Shown here: positions 25,326-37,500 of the stretch, piece by piece
Layout: the number at the start of each line of letters is the position of its first letter
Numbering within the stretch: position 1 is the stretch's first letter
Source of the DNA: Hydrolagus affinis
Taxonomy: Eukaryota
NCBI GenBank assembly: GCA_012026655.1
Contig: JAAILG010000013.1
Span: 1 to 64,000, forward strand
Direction of reading: 5' to 3'
Length of the DNA: 64,000 nucleotides
Notes under the pieces: generated by a model
Databases searched by the model: none
What the model was told of the DNA's origin: nothing
What the model saw: the letters and a program-made list of their open reading frames with translations, nothing else
Program-made: the position numbers and the translations under genes

Positions 25326-27713
25326 GTAGGAAACCAACAACTTGGAAATTTGGGGGGGCTGTGTTCCTTTTAAAATTCATCGCTAGATTCTGACTTTTAA
25401 ATAGTAATAATGCTGATAATATTCTTACATTTAGTATATAGCGCCTTTCACATCGGGAGGCCGTCTCAAATGTCTGTGAAGCGCTTTGAGACATCACAAC
25501 CCCCTGAGAAGGCGCTGTATTCCTGTACTGCTGGTTCCAATCCCCCTTTAATAACTGTGGGAAAAGTTGCTTCTAAATTCCGAAGAATTTTTTTTAACCA
25601 TCGTAAATTGTAAGATTCTAATTAAATATAATTGTAATTTTCATATTAAGGCTAGGAAAAATGTTGCCTCTTTTACTTTGCAAACTTAATCCTTCAGGAT
25701 TGAGATGCTCCTAAAACAAAAGCATCTGCTGGTGGTCGTGTATAACAACTTAATTCTGCCCCATTTTCTTGTGTGATTTCAAGCATTTTTCTAAACCATT
25801 TCGTAACGTTTCCCATCCAGTTCAGTTTAGTCTAGCGACAATCTTCAAATTGTGTCTCTGCAGTTGAATTGCACCCTCTAGTGCTATGCTGTATTATTGC
25901 ACTAAAAGCAATGGTTTGTGTTTGATGTCTTGTTTCGTAAAGTTATCTGACATTACAATCCATGGTTCCCAGCAGGATAGAAGCCCAACATTGGTACCTG
26001 TTATTGCCTTGCTGCTCTAGCGCAATAACATTTTTATCCCCCCACCTATTTTTTTGCCTTTTTTCAAAAAAAAATTCCCCCCTTTCCATAGAGTTGCTGT
26101 TCAGTAGAATGAGTGTTACGTAAACGAGCGTTTATAACAAAAAGAGCACCAGAGCCCAGTTTAACACCCGACTCAGCTCCACACACTTGACACCAGTTCT
26201 CACAGTGGGTGGGGTGGATAGAGGGAGGCCACAACTCATGATGCCTTAATGTTTAGCTTTTGACTGGCAGCCTGCCCTGTGAAACTTGGAGATGTGCTGT
26301 GTTCTGCTCGTCCTTAATAACTTTGTTCCAGTGATGTTTGAGCCAGTTACTCAATGTACACTTTTAAGTCATTGCCAACTTTACATCTGTGTGTGTGTGT
26401 GTGTGTCTCTCTCTTTTGATATAGTCACAAACACTGTAAATCAGGCTGCTCTATTCACACAGGGATGGGTCTTTAGATCGGTTTGGAATTCTTTGTGTGA
26501 AAAGGCTTCTGATTTTTTTCTTTTTAAAAAAAAATCCTCGTCCTGTATGCCTTGTAATTGTTTTTCATTCGCTCCGCGCCCCCATTCTAAAGTCACTTTC
26601 TGTAATGCAGAAAAAAAAACCAAACACTTTGCGTTTGTTGCAAATAACACAAATCATTGGCATCAACTGAGCCCGAGTGCAACAACGACAACAAAATTAC
26701 ACTTGGGAGGACGTTCCAGTGGAGTGCAGTGGTGCTGCTTTTAGTGGGCTGTTGCATTTAAAGTTTAATAATAATAATCCTTGCATTTGATATAGCGATT
26801 TTCACATCTTCTAGACATCTCAAAGCGCTTCACACACATATATACACGTGGAGAAGGAATGTGTCTCCACGGCTGTGCCTCCAGACCCAACTCTGGCTTG
26901 TACTCACTGACATGTCATCGTCAAATGGCACTGGCTCTAGAGCTGCCTTAATTGCTGGCGTTTACGTTGAGAACTTCTAGTCTGGGTGTTTTAAATAGAA
27001 AGCTGGAGGCTTACACCATCTGACGTTTCAGGCAGTTAAAGATGACTTTATGTCAGCTTGTGGTTCTGCAGTTTTTCCATATCAGAAGACTTTTTTGAAT
27101 TGTGTGAGCCAGCGTGGAGCTCAGGATGTCCCAGGATGAGTTGTAGCCACAGAATGAAAAAGTTAACTCTGGTCTTCAGTTGCTCTAGTCCTTGTGTCTA
27201 TTTTGTATTGGAGTTGGGGGTGAGAGGGGGAAGGTTGCCATTAACTATGCAGTGTTTCTCATTCCCACCTCCCCCGTCCCTCCACACACCCAGAATATCT
27301 TCTGTATTTTTTAGCAGTTGACGTTCTTTCCACTTTATCTCGTGTATTTTGAAGTTCAAAATACCCTTGTTTTAAGAATTAAAACTAAATGTCTTCTGTT
27401 ATTTTGAGGGAGGTGAGGAGGGGGGGTGAGGGGAGTGTAGGGAGGTGCCGGCGGGAGATGTTCCCATATTTATGAAATTAACACGTTCAAGTAGAATGTC
27501 ATTGCGCCGATAGAGCAGATTAACACTCGTTGCCACAGATTGAATTTAGAATTAGCAAAGGGTTGATTCGCAGGCTTGTTGGTATTTGGCACCTCCGTGA
27601 GTTGTGCTCGTGAACAGTTGGAGGAATCGCCAGTAATTGCTGCTTTCTTATGTGTGTTCTTCCTCTCTTTCCACCCCCACCCCCCCCCACCACCACCACC
27701 ACCGCCATTGTAG

Positions 27714-27746
27714 ATCGAACTGAGGACGGATCTGAACGAGCGAGAA
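27714..27746 (+). CDS. znf217: znf217 small internal exon, 5' part only (rest lost in the assembly gap)
   Basis: Pyrimidine tract then cattgtAG|AT CGA ACT GAG GAC GGA TCT GAA CGA GCG AGA. A phase-1 join gives ..SLCS-D-RTEDGSERAR, positionally equivalent to the linker before the human [22 protein letters not shown] finger. N-run begins at 27747. Confidence 0.8.
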
Positions 27747-27846
27747 NNNNNNNNNNNNNNNNNNNNNNNNNNNNNNNNNNNNNNNNNNNNNNNNNNNNNN
27801 NNNNNNNNNNNNNNNNNNNNNNNNNNNNNNNNNNNNNNNNNNNNNN
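27747..27846. other. Assembly gap (100 N) truncating a znf217 exon
   Basis: N-run flanked by poly-C tracts. Confidence 1.
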
Positions 27847-28045
27847 CCCCCCCCCCCACCCCCCCCCCGCCCTCTCTTTCAGCTGAGTATTCCTGATATT
27901 TTTAGCACGGTTCTACTACCTTCTAAATCTCCTTCCAACTTGAGTAAATTTTGCTGCCGGGTGGAGAGTCTTATCCTAGCCCAAATAAATCTCTTTTTGA
28001 GTTGAATATGTTTCCACTGAGCACCTTTTTCTGTTGAAACCTCAG

Positions 28046-29749
28046 GTGAGAAACCGCACCGCTGCCCCCTGTGTAACTACGCCGCAGCCCAGAAGACATC
28101 TCTTAAGTATCACTTGGAGCGACACCACAAGCCTGAACACAAGAAGGCTCCGGAGGAAAAGAGTGACTCTCTCAGTAAGAACCCGTCGACGTCCCCACCG
28201 CTAGATGCGGCACCGACGGGAGGCGACGAACCCGCGGAGTCAAAGAGGTTTTTCGCCGATTCTTTGAGCGCCGTCAAAGACTTCGAAACGGGAGCTGATC
28301 CTCTGAGGAAACACAAGCTCGCGCTTCACCCGTCCCGGCATCTTCTGTCCAACTCTGTGCTTCCCGGCGCCGGGGGAGAGTTCCCGGACCTCAGCGGGGA
28401 CGCCGGCTTTCACAGCTCCCACCGGATCTTCTACAACCCGTTGATACCTTTCACCGAGAGGTCGCGGGTCGAGAAGGTGGTGGCTGAGCTGCGGAGGAAC
28501 AACACTGACCTGAAGGCAGGCGTCGGTTCGGGTGATGTCAAGGCCTTGGACGACTCTTCGCTGACCGACGGCACGAGACAGAACCATGCTAACGGGGTCA
28601 CGGTGGAGCCAATGTCACTCAGTAACAAGTACAGTCTTAGTTTTGCAGAAGATATGGAGTGCTACTCTGATCCATCTCTATCCAATTTATTTGAAATACC
28701 CTTGAACCTCTGCACAAAACCTTATTTGCAAAGCTTGTGTAGTCTTCAGGGAAACGCATCTACCTCAGTTTCCAAGAGTGCCTTACCAAGCAGCACATGT
28801 CCCTTTTGTACCTATAGAACATTTTACCCCGAGGTCCTGGTCATGCACCAAAGGTTGGTACACAAGTATAATTCTGACCCCAGCCCATTAAATGGGGTCC
28901 GAGGTGCTGCTCTCAGTGGATTGGTTAAAGGCAGACGCACTGGATGCCCTCCTGCACTATTGGGTAAAGATGTTCCTTCCTTTCCTGCAACCAAAGAAAT
29001 GAACGCCAGGCTCTCGCGTCGGACCAAGTCACCACTACCAGCTGCCCCACCACATACCTCGAGTTTAGTGCACGGGAAAGTGAGACCATCATCACACCAG
29101 TCCCAGTGCAATAACCTTCCCTCTGCCTCAGGAACTAGATCTTCAGGTGAATTTAAACCATTCAAGCCATCACAAAATCCTAATGTTAATCTAGAAAATT
29201 ATGGACCCATGTACACCGAGTTCAGACCAGGGCTGGACATGGTTCAAATGCTGGAAAGAAGTGGACCTTCAGAAGGTGGTAACGGTAAGCGAAATCTGCC
29301 TGAGAAGTCTCGCATCAAGTTGGACAGTGAATCTGACCGGCCTGGAGGAGGACCCATGTTCAGATACGATGGCCCGTGGGTTCCTCCAAACATGGGCAAA
29401 GTATGTCTTACTAACACGTTTGAGAATCAGGGAGCCTTGGACTCGCACGAGCCAACAGCAAAACGAATGAAAGCAAACAACAATCCCTTAAAAAACGACC
29501 CAATTCTGTTCGGGGTGAGGAGGAATGTCCAAGGAAGAAATGGCAAACTTTTATCTCAGGATATCTCCCCTGTTCAGGCAAAAAACTCAGGGGTGTCCTC
29601 TAAGCAAGGACCATTTTTTGATTCGAATGGAGTCGATGGACATTGGAATGTATTAAATGTTTTGAAGTCCTACAATCCACAAAATTTGGCTTCGCTGTAC
29701 AGTACCTGTGGGCCCAGCCACTATAGAGATCCTAACATGGGTCAGGAAG
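28046..29749 (+). CDS. znf217: znf217 exon with two C2H2 fingers and CtBP-binding motifs
   Basis: Acceptor cctcAG|GT GAG AAA CCG gives GEKPHRCPLCNYAAAQKTSLKYHLERHH. Contains PLNLC (PxDLS-like), CPFCTYRTFYPEVLVMHQRLVH and RRTGCPPALLGKDVP. Donor GAAG|GTATGT at 29749/50, phase 1. Confidence 0.95.
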
Positions 29750-30984
29750 GTATGTGTGATTTATCTTGTTTTGGCTGATATTTTGTTTTTTTTGCTCAGT
29801 TGAGTACTACACAGAAAGGAAACTGACACCTTAACTAATAATAATAATGATAATCCTTGATATAGTGCTTTTCACGCAAATGAAACTGTTGTGATTACAC
29901 GCGTGAAGGAGAAAGGAAAAGAGGTGAATTAGGGGCTTGTATAAGGTATAAACTAGACACAATCTAGCTGGGCCAAATAGCCCAGTTTCCTTTCTGTGTA
30001 GTACTCATTTGTATGGGGTGACGAGGGGAATCTGTCTTGAATATAACTGTTTGATTAACTCCTGTTGCACAGGGCAGGCTGAGCAGCTAAAGGGATGAAA
30101 TGCCATTTTTCATAGGCAGATGGCATTTTGCTCAATCTGAAATGATTGCAATTTGACACCTGAATCAACATACTTTTATTTGCAGCTGTACTTTACCAGC
30201 CTGGTCTGTGTTTTTCCCCTTCCCCCCCACCCCCCTACCCCATCCTCATGTCCAGGTGCCAATCATCCGCTGGTATTTTGGTCAAGTAGCCATGCTTAAT
30301 GTGTGCACCTTGTAACACCAAATACCAATGGGATTGCTTGAACCATGGGGAGTATTGCACTAATTTCCAATCCTGCCCATGCCCTCTCTGTATGTATCCA
30401 GCAGGGGCTGCTATACAGCAATCAGATGTGGAGACACTGGCTGAATGGTGTTTCTCTCTCTGTCTTCTACCTTCCTTTACTTGGATTGCGTTGCCGAGGA
30501 CCATATTAATATTCTGCGCGCTGCGCTAACTGAGATCAGATAGCCACACAAACTGTCTTGAACTTATAACTTCAGCTATTCAATGGCGACGACTGAGCCG
30601 AGCTGCTGAGTTGGGAAAGAACCTGTTTCAATTTCTTTTGATGAAACGTTAGTAAAATCTCTTCTCTGTGCCATTGGTATTTACAAGCGAGGCTATTATC
30701 TAAAAGCACGTCCACCCTGACAAAGGTGCGTTGGCACTGGTCTGAACATCTCTTGCCTTCTCTTCCTGCTTCGGACTTACAACATTCCCATTGTGATTTT
30801 CCGACCAAATTAGTCAGCAAATTGCCGGGAATTTACCTTTCGTTTAGTTCCGTTCAGTCATCGACTTGCGCAAACTTCATGAAGGATTAAATGAAACTCC
30901 AGAGTAAATTTGCATCATTCAATCCAGAGATTACATGTGTCTGAACAAGTGCCGCAGCTCTGGGTATTTGCAGCATGTGCACTC

Positions 30985-31083
30985 TGTATGTGTGTGCATA
31001 TCTATTGTTTGCGTGTGTGTGTATATATATATAATATATATTTATATAAAATACATTTTATATATATATATATATTTATATAA
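30985..31083. repeat. Compound (TG)n/(TA)n microsatellite
   Basis: Seen directly. Confidence 0.9.
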
Positions 31084-33912
31084 TCCTTTTAGCTCCTTTC
31101 CCACCCAAGATGAGTTTCTTGATCAGAAGACGTCAAACTATCACTTGCTAATTTGCGACAGTAGGAAACGCTGCACATCTCCGAGCCCAAAGTATCCTCG
31201 AGCTCTCCGAATGACAAAATTGGCCCTTGTTGGCCCGTGACAGCATTCTTCGGGGCAGAGCGGATGTCTGAAGTGTGTTGGATGGGAGATCGGGAGTGAC
31301 ATGGGAAATGCATTGCACTCAGCAAACTTGATTAGCCCATGATGCTTCCAATCACTGCTTGTTCATCACACTGATGTATTTTTTTTTGCCCAGAGGAGAC
31401 AGCAAAGTTCTGGTGCCACTCACTTCCTGTTGTTTTTGCATCAGCTGCCCCCATCAAGGTGACGACATTGCATCTTGCCTGACTTGCTGCCTGATGAAGC
31501 TGGTTGATGTCTGAAAAATAAAGCCAGCTGCTCGGAAAGGATCAGGCCTGACAAGAAGTGTAATGCTACGGTTAGAGGCACATCAAGCTTGTGGCTTTTA
31601 ATTTAATGCAATTTATTCATACTTGCAGCCTTGGACTTTGTATGCACTGTCAGCACTGATGACAATGAAGGCTGACAAGTAGTCACGCCGAGGCTTCCAG
31701 TAGCCAGAGAAGGGCCCTGGCATATCAGAAATGCTAATGACATCTTTCTGTCCTGAATTTTAACGTGCTCATTTCTCCTGCTGTTTTCTGGTCATAATGT
31801 TACTTGGGACACACGAGGCACGGCTGATTGTGTCAGCCAAGGAGAGGGAGAGTGATTATTGTTGCTCAGCAACTGTTGTACCTTCCAGACAGTTCTCTGG
31901 AATGTATTCAGGGTGAGCGAGCGAGTGAGCGAGACCGCACGCAGCAGTGTTCAGTACCAACTGGCGGGATATATTTCCTTTTTGATGAGATGTGCGTGTT
32001 TCATTATATACAGTTCACTCATTTTGGGATGATGGGGCCTGATGACTATTTGCATAATTCCAATAATTTAACACGCAATTTTTTTTCTCTCTTGCGCCTG
32101 GCAGCCGGATAGGGATCTGAATCCTCCCGAGTCTCAGATTCTGAGCAAATTCTTTTGGATTTACGTTTTTTTTAACAAAAATCGCGGAGTTTCCATGCCA
32201 GGAACAGATGCGTCCTTCCCATTTCACCATTAGGTTGCTTTCAGGGAAAGTTTGTTTGATACAGGTGGTCATGTCACTGTTTCAGATACATATACCATTG
32301 CTTTTTTGGGGTAAAAGTTGCGTTTTGTGTGCTCACAGCGTAACGTGGATCGGCACCCATCCATCCACTTTACATTTTATTCTGTGATGCGCTTTGAGAT
32401 GTCTCAACGATGCGATAATGCAAAGATTGTTAATATAATTTGCACTGTAAGTCCGCTAACTAAACTGTAGCAGCGCATATGGTCTTAAAAGGTGAGACCT
32501 TACGGTGGCTTAATATGCTCTGTCCCGCAGGTTTGAAAAACTCTAGGTTTGAAAATTTTTACATTCACCTTCTCTCCTGTGGTTGTAGTTACTAGTTCTG
32601 CTAAAGAACCATATGAATGGATTTCAGCCGTGCTCCTGCACTATGATGACTTGCACTGATCACAACAACAACAGGGATAGAGTAATTGTACAATACAATG
32701 CAAGATTGCATTTGTAAAGCGCCTTTCACGTCAGGAGGATGTCCTGAGACGCTGAACAGTCAGGGATTAGGACCCAAGTGGGTCTTAATCACAGCTGAGT
32801 CTTATCTGTTAACAACCCAATTCCTTGCATTGCCCATTAGGGATAGTGATGAGGATTAGGAGTCATACTTTATTAACTTGATTTTGTTTTGCTACTTATT
32901 AGCTTGGCATACTTTACTTCTAGCTAGAATAATGCCCCTCTTGTTAAGCAGTAAACTGAGGTGTTAGCATTTCTTCACACCAATGGTTGTCACGATACGA
33001 AATATTCTACCACAGAGTCATCTGTAGAGGTAGAATCAATCAATAGTGATGTATAAAAGCAAGCGAGACAAATATTTGGGTAACAACAACTCGCATTTAT
33101 ATAGTCTTCTTCTAAGGGGCAGTGGAGCACTTAAGAGTGGAGCTATTGAGGGCTTTAGTGAAAGGCATTTGAATTAAAATCTGCCCAAATCCTTTGAACT
33201 GGTAGAACAGGCTCGATGAGCAGAATGGAACTCCTGCTTCTGTTTTCTTACGAAAGAACATTCAAATTGCAGATCTCATGCTGCCTGATCTCTCTTGTTA
33301 GTTCTCTTGTCCAATTTGAATCCAGCTGCTCGTTTGGGTGGGATGGGGACTTTTCTCCCAAATTAAAAAGTACTATATTTCTGTGGGTGCCATTTACACC
33401 GTACTTTGAATATGTAACGTGCCTTGTTTGTGTTCTTGTACTCTGTATGCATGCCCACAATTACTTTTATGCCATTTTATATAATTTTCTTTTTTTTAAA
33501 TTGTGAAACCCGTTTGAAATGCTTTGGGTGGAGTGTCTCTTGGTGTAATTTAAGTGGAACACACTTTTACATAGAAAGAACAGTAGCTAATTCATTGCAA
33601 AGTGCTCATTGCTGTGGCCTTGCCTTATTTGGGGATTGAAGCACATTCTTCCTTAAAAATTCAGAAGTGCCACTTGGCACTGCGGTCTCCTTAAACAATC
33701 TCCCCACACAAGCTTTCTAGCCTTAAGGCAATGATTTTACGCTGTGGTAATTCCAAGAGTAGGTGCTGGCAGCTTTCTGGTTGGGTTGCCTGCCTAAGTT
33801 GCCATTCTCCTGTAAAATCTGGATACTGGGAGTCCCTCCCTCCCTCTCTCCCTCCCATGTTAAGTCAACGATAAATGAACAGAATACGATTGTGGAATGG
33901 AAGAGCCAAGTA

Positions 33913-34112
33913 CAATAAAAGCCCGTTTATCCAGCACCCTCGGGACCTGGCCATTGCTGGTTAAAGTGTGTGCCAGATATTCGGCGAAAAACACACCAAA
34001 AAAAATTAATTTCATGCATTTTTCCGGATAAATTCCGCTTAATCGAATACAGACTTTTTTTGAGGTGCCGATTATATGGTTGATCGGGTATCGGATAAAC
34101 GGGCTTTTACTA
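33913..34112. mobile_element. Second complete copy of the same MITE
   Basis: TA|CAATAAAAGCCCGTTTATCC ... GGATAAACGGGCTTTTACTA|TA. Internal sequence is collinear with 22098-22309. Confidence 0.9.
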
Positions 34113-34408
34113 TAGAAAACTCCAAACTGAGCGAAGGAATTACTTTTTATGAAAGCAGCATTGATAGTTAACACTGCTGCGACGACTTGCTTTTCTTTGA
34201 CCAACTTTATCATGTGCCGATTTGCAGGTATTTGGAATGCTTTGTTTAGCTTTCAGTGTCCAGCCAGTGACCTGTTTCTATTTTCAGTTTTGAAGTGAAA
34301 GGACAAAGGGAATGCAGTTCTTAAGAATGCCATTTGTTTCAAAGAAATATGAATTAAGCATTTGTAACTCACAATGATTTTTTTTTCTTCCCTCTCACCT
34401 GTCCACAG

Positions 34409-34515
34409 GGAAAAGACCTTTCCAGTATCTGCAGCACTCGAACAATATGTTGCAGAAACGGAGCATTAATCACTCACACAGTGGATCTTTAGACAAAGAG
34501 TACATAAGTCAATGA
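34409..34515 (+). CDS. znf217: znf217 last coding exon (GKRPFQYLQHSNNMLQKRSINHSHSGSLDKEYISQ*)
   Basis: Strong acceptor ttttcttccctctcacctgtccacAG|GG in phase 1. The translation resembles the ZNF217 C-terminus (GKRP..Y....N.M.QKR). TGA at 34513-34515. Exon likely continues to donor AAG|GTAATT at 34538/9. Too short for the ORF track. Confidence 0.88.
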
Positions 34516-37500
34516 GACAAACACGTCCATGGAAGAAGGTAATTTGAACGAGGCGCTTATTTAAATGGTACTAGGCTGCAAATGTAGCCTCATCCAGCAT
34601 GTCCAACATTGGGGGTAATCCAGTACATCTTGCAAAACTTTCAATGATGTATTACAGCAGGGAAAATAGCCTGATGCACAGTGCAACCGAACCCCGTTAT
34701 AAATTAGTGTTAGAGGGCTCCATAAAAATACTAAATAGTCTTGTAGCTGGGCGCAATCACTGGCTACTATCCATGCGCACGTTAGAGTTGAACTCAGGTT
34801 ATCAGAACTCGCTCTATTGGGCCGGCAACCTAGACTGTGAGTTCAAAGTCCTGTCATGGGACTTGAATCAATGACTTTCTGGTTCAGTTATTAGCATTCT
34901 TACTTCGGATACCCAATTCTCCCCCCTGCCCCCCCCCCCCCCTCCCACACACACAGAGGCACTTCCAAATTTTAACATGTCACAGAGGAGAGTGGTGTCG
35001 CTGGCCATCTTTACAATACCCTGTCATAAAATGTGGCTTGGAATGTTACCTAGATTTGGGTTTCTGTATTATCAATCGAACGTTAAAAACTGTGAATCTG
35101 CTGTATGGTCAAAACACAGGCAGCCGGGCTTTATATTTGGCATTTTGCAGCATTAATTATTTGCATTTATTTATCCTAGATCCATTGGAAGCTGTGAATG
35201 GGAGACTCCTTTTCTGGTATGGATGTGTTCCCACCCCATTGGTGGGGGAGAGGAAATCTTGACTACGCCAGCAGTACAGGATCCACCCATAAGCTGTGAT
35301 TTGTACATTTACAGAACACTACAGTTCCAGTACATTTGATTACCTTATTTTTTTCGTGTCCAGTTCAAACCAGAGCAGCGAGCGATGCGATGTATGTATG
35401 TGTGTACCCAAATCACCTTGTATTCCATTTTGATTCTGAAATTGAACTGTACTGTTTGTAGTCATATTTGCCCAAGCATTTCTGTATTTGCAATAACTAC
35501 ACGGATAGCTTGGCACTAATATCACGCATTGGGTCCATTGTGTTTTTTTTTAGTATTCTAGGATTTGTGTTAATTATTCTTTTGAATCCGAAGCAAGATT
35601 TTTATTTTCGGTACCTGAAGTTTTGAGATTTCTGGGAAGTTGCTGAACTCTTATTGGACTCTTTCTTTACGTCGGGAAATAAAGAGCAATAAACAAATAA
35701 ATCAATGAAACATAAACTCGTATGAACTGTGGTAAACGCTTCTGCCATCACCAGTCTTCCAATAGTCTCTTTATATTCAGTGTGGTCTTGGGTATCTCGG
35801 GGTGTAGTAAGCAACACATCGCATTTCATAGTTGAAAAGACAGAGAGTGTATTGCAGCTAATTCAGTTGTTGATTTGCTTGAATGGTTAAATGCACCCTC
35901 AATTATCTTTATAGCATTTCGTCCTCCCCGCCCATCCACGCCCTGAGGGTGATGAGAGGGTTCATTTTGCACATCACCTGTATGCAAAATTTTCTAAATT
36001 GCACAGTAAGTCTGCAATGTTAATCGAAATGCACTGTATGGGCGCGGTGCACCTAAATCTTTCAGTGTGTTGCATTTATCAAATGATGCAGTTTTCCTGT
36101 GGTGGGATTGCCATCAGCAATGTTACATAACTCCTCTGTTTTTGTGACTGAACTGCATTACATAAATGTGTGTGAAATATGTAGAAATGCTTAGTATAAC
36201 TGTGCTTTAATCTGTCGCAAGGGCCAAAATTCAGTGCGTGGACAGTACATGTTTAAATTGGTGTTTTTAAAAAAAAAACATATTCAAAACATTGGCTCTG
36301 CATGTGGAGTGAAAATGGCCGTCAAACTGAAAGATATTGAAGACTATCTGTTCACTGAACTGGGCTTCAAGTGCCTTCATAATTCAAATGTGCGGATTAT
36401 AAAACATTCATTTTGATTTTATTAAAATTTGGGGATGACGGTATTGCATGCTTGCATACAGTAAACCCTTTGAACACGCAATAGATGGCAGAGGATTGAA
36501 CTCCACTGAAATGATCAAAAGTTCAGCTGGGACCAGCGAAATCCTTGGAATGGGAAGCTTCACAAAGTCACTTGTGGACTGATTTGAAACCTCAAGCCTG
36601 TATGTTGTACTACTTTTAAATGCACTAAACTTATTTTGTGGGGGGGTGGGGTGGAAATGAAACAAACTCATTTGAAGAGAATCTGAATTGAACAATTAAT
36701 TTTTGCCTGTGGGGAAAGTGTTAGTTATTGCCTTAATCAGAACAGCACTGATCTGCTTTTTTAAAAAAAAATTCAATCAGCTGATTCAGCCCTGAACTTT
36801 TATGACAAGATTGGATGGGTTTGAAGTGTCAGTTTTGTTTTTCTGGAATCCAGTTAATACCAACAAAAGGGATGCTGTCTGTTAATGTGACTTTCCTGTA
36901 CTGTGGAACAGGTGTAGAAGTGAGTATGGTGTCTTTTACAACGCTGTGTGTTTCAGCTAGAGAACGAAGGACTATTCATTTGTGAAATTCAATGTCGTTT
37001 AACTGAAGAATAAATGAAATATTGTAAATAAGTTGAATGTTACATTTCTGTGCAACTGGGCTGCTAAAATTTTGTCAGCTTTTATTGTACATTTACTAAC
37101 TAGGCGGAGGGGCCAGTCACTGCTGGGTTCCAGGTGGTTCATATGAAGTGAATGAGGGCTTTTGGCCAACATTATGATTGTGTGTTTTTTTTAGAACTGG
37201 ATAACTTTCCTGCTTTCGTTGTGTAAGGTTTCTTTTTTTTTCGTGAGAGGAGGGAGGGGGTAACTTGAAAAAGAACTGTATTCGTGAGTGAAAAGCTCTC
37301 TCTCTCGTCTACAGTTGTGCCCTGAACAATGCTACATACTCATTAACTCTTCAAAAAAAAATGCTGCTAACATAGTAACTTAGTAATGAAACCATTGGAA
37401 GACTGTAGGGATTGCATACAAACTATTGTGCCTGATAACAGTTGGGATTCTGAAGGTTTTTTTTTACAACTGTCACCAAATGAGAGAACAGGTATGCAGT

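Noticed and set aside
25326-25393. ORF tails after the donors (also 29750-29778)
   Set aside because: Read-through past GT donors into introns; homology resumes in the next exons.
25405-25520. Palindrome-like segment as a miRNA or ncRNA hairpin
   Set aside because: Explained by two head-to-head retroposon tails.
28046-28130. Assignment to ZNF516/ZNF536/ZNF219, or a pseudogene call
   Set aside because: HRPTLCEPAVLRVE, YAAAQKTSLKYHLERHH, RRTGCPPALLGKDVP and the GKRP C-terminal exon are ZNF217-type. Frames are intact and the missing finger is explained by the gap.
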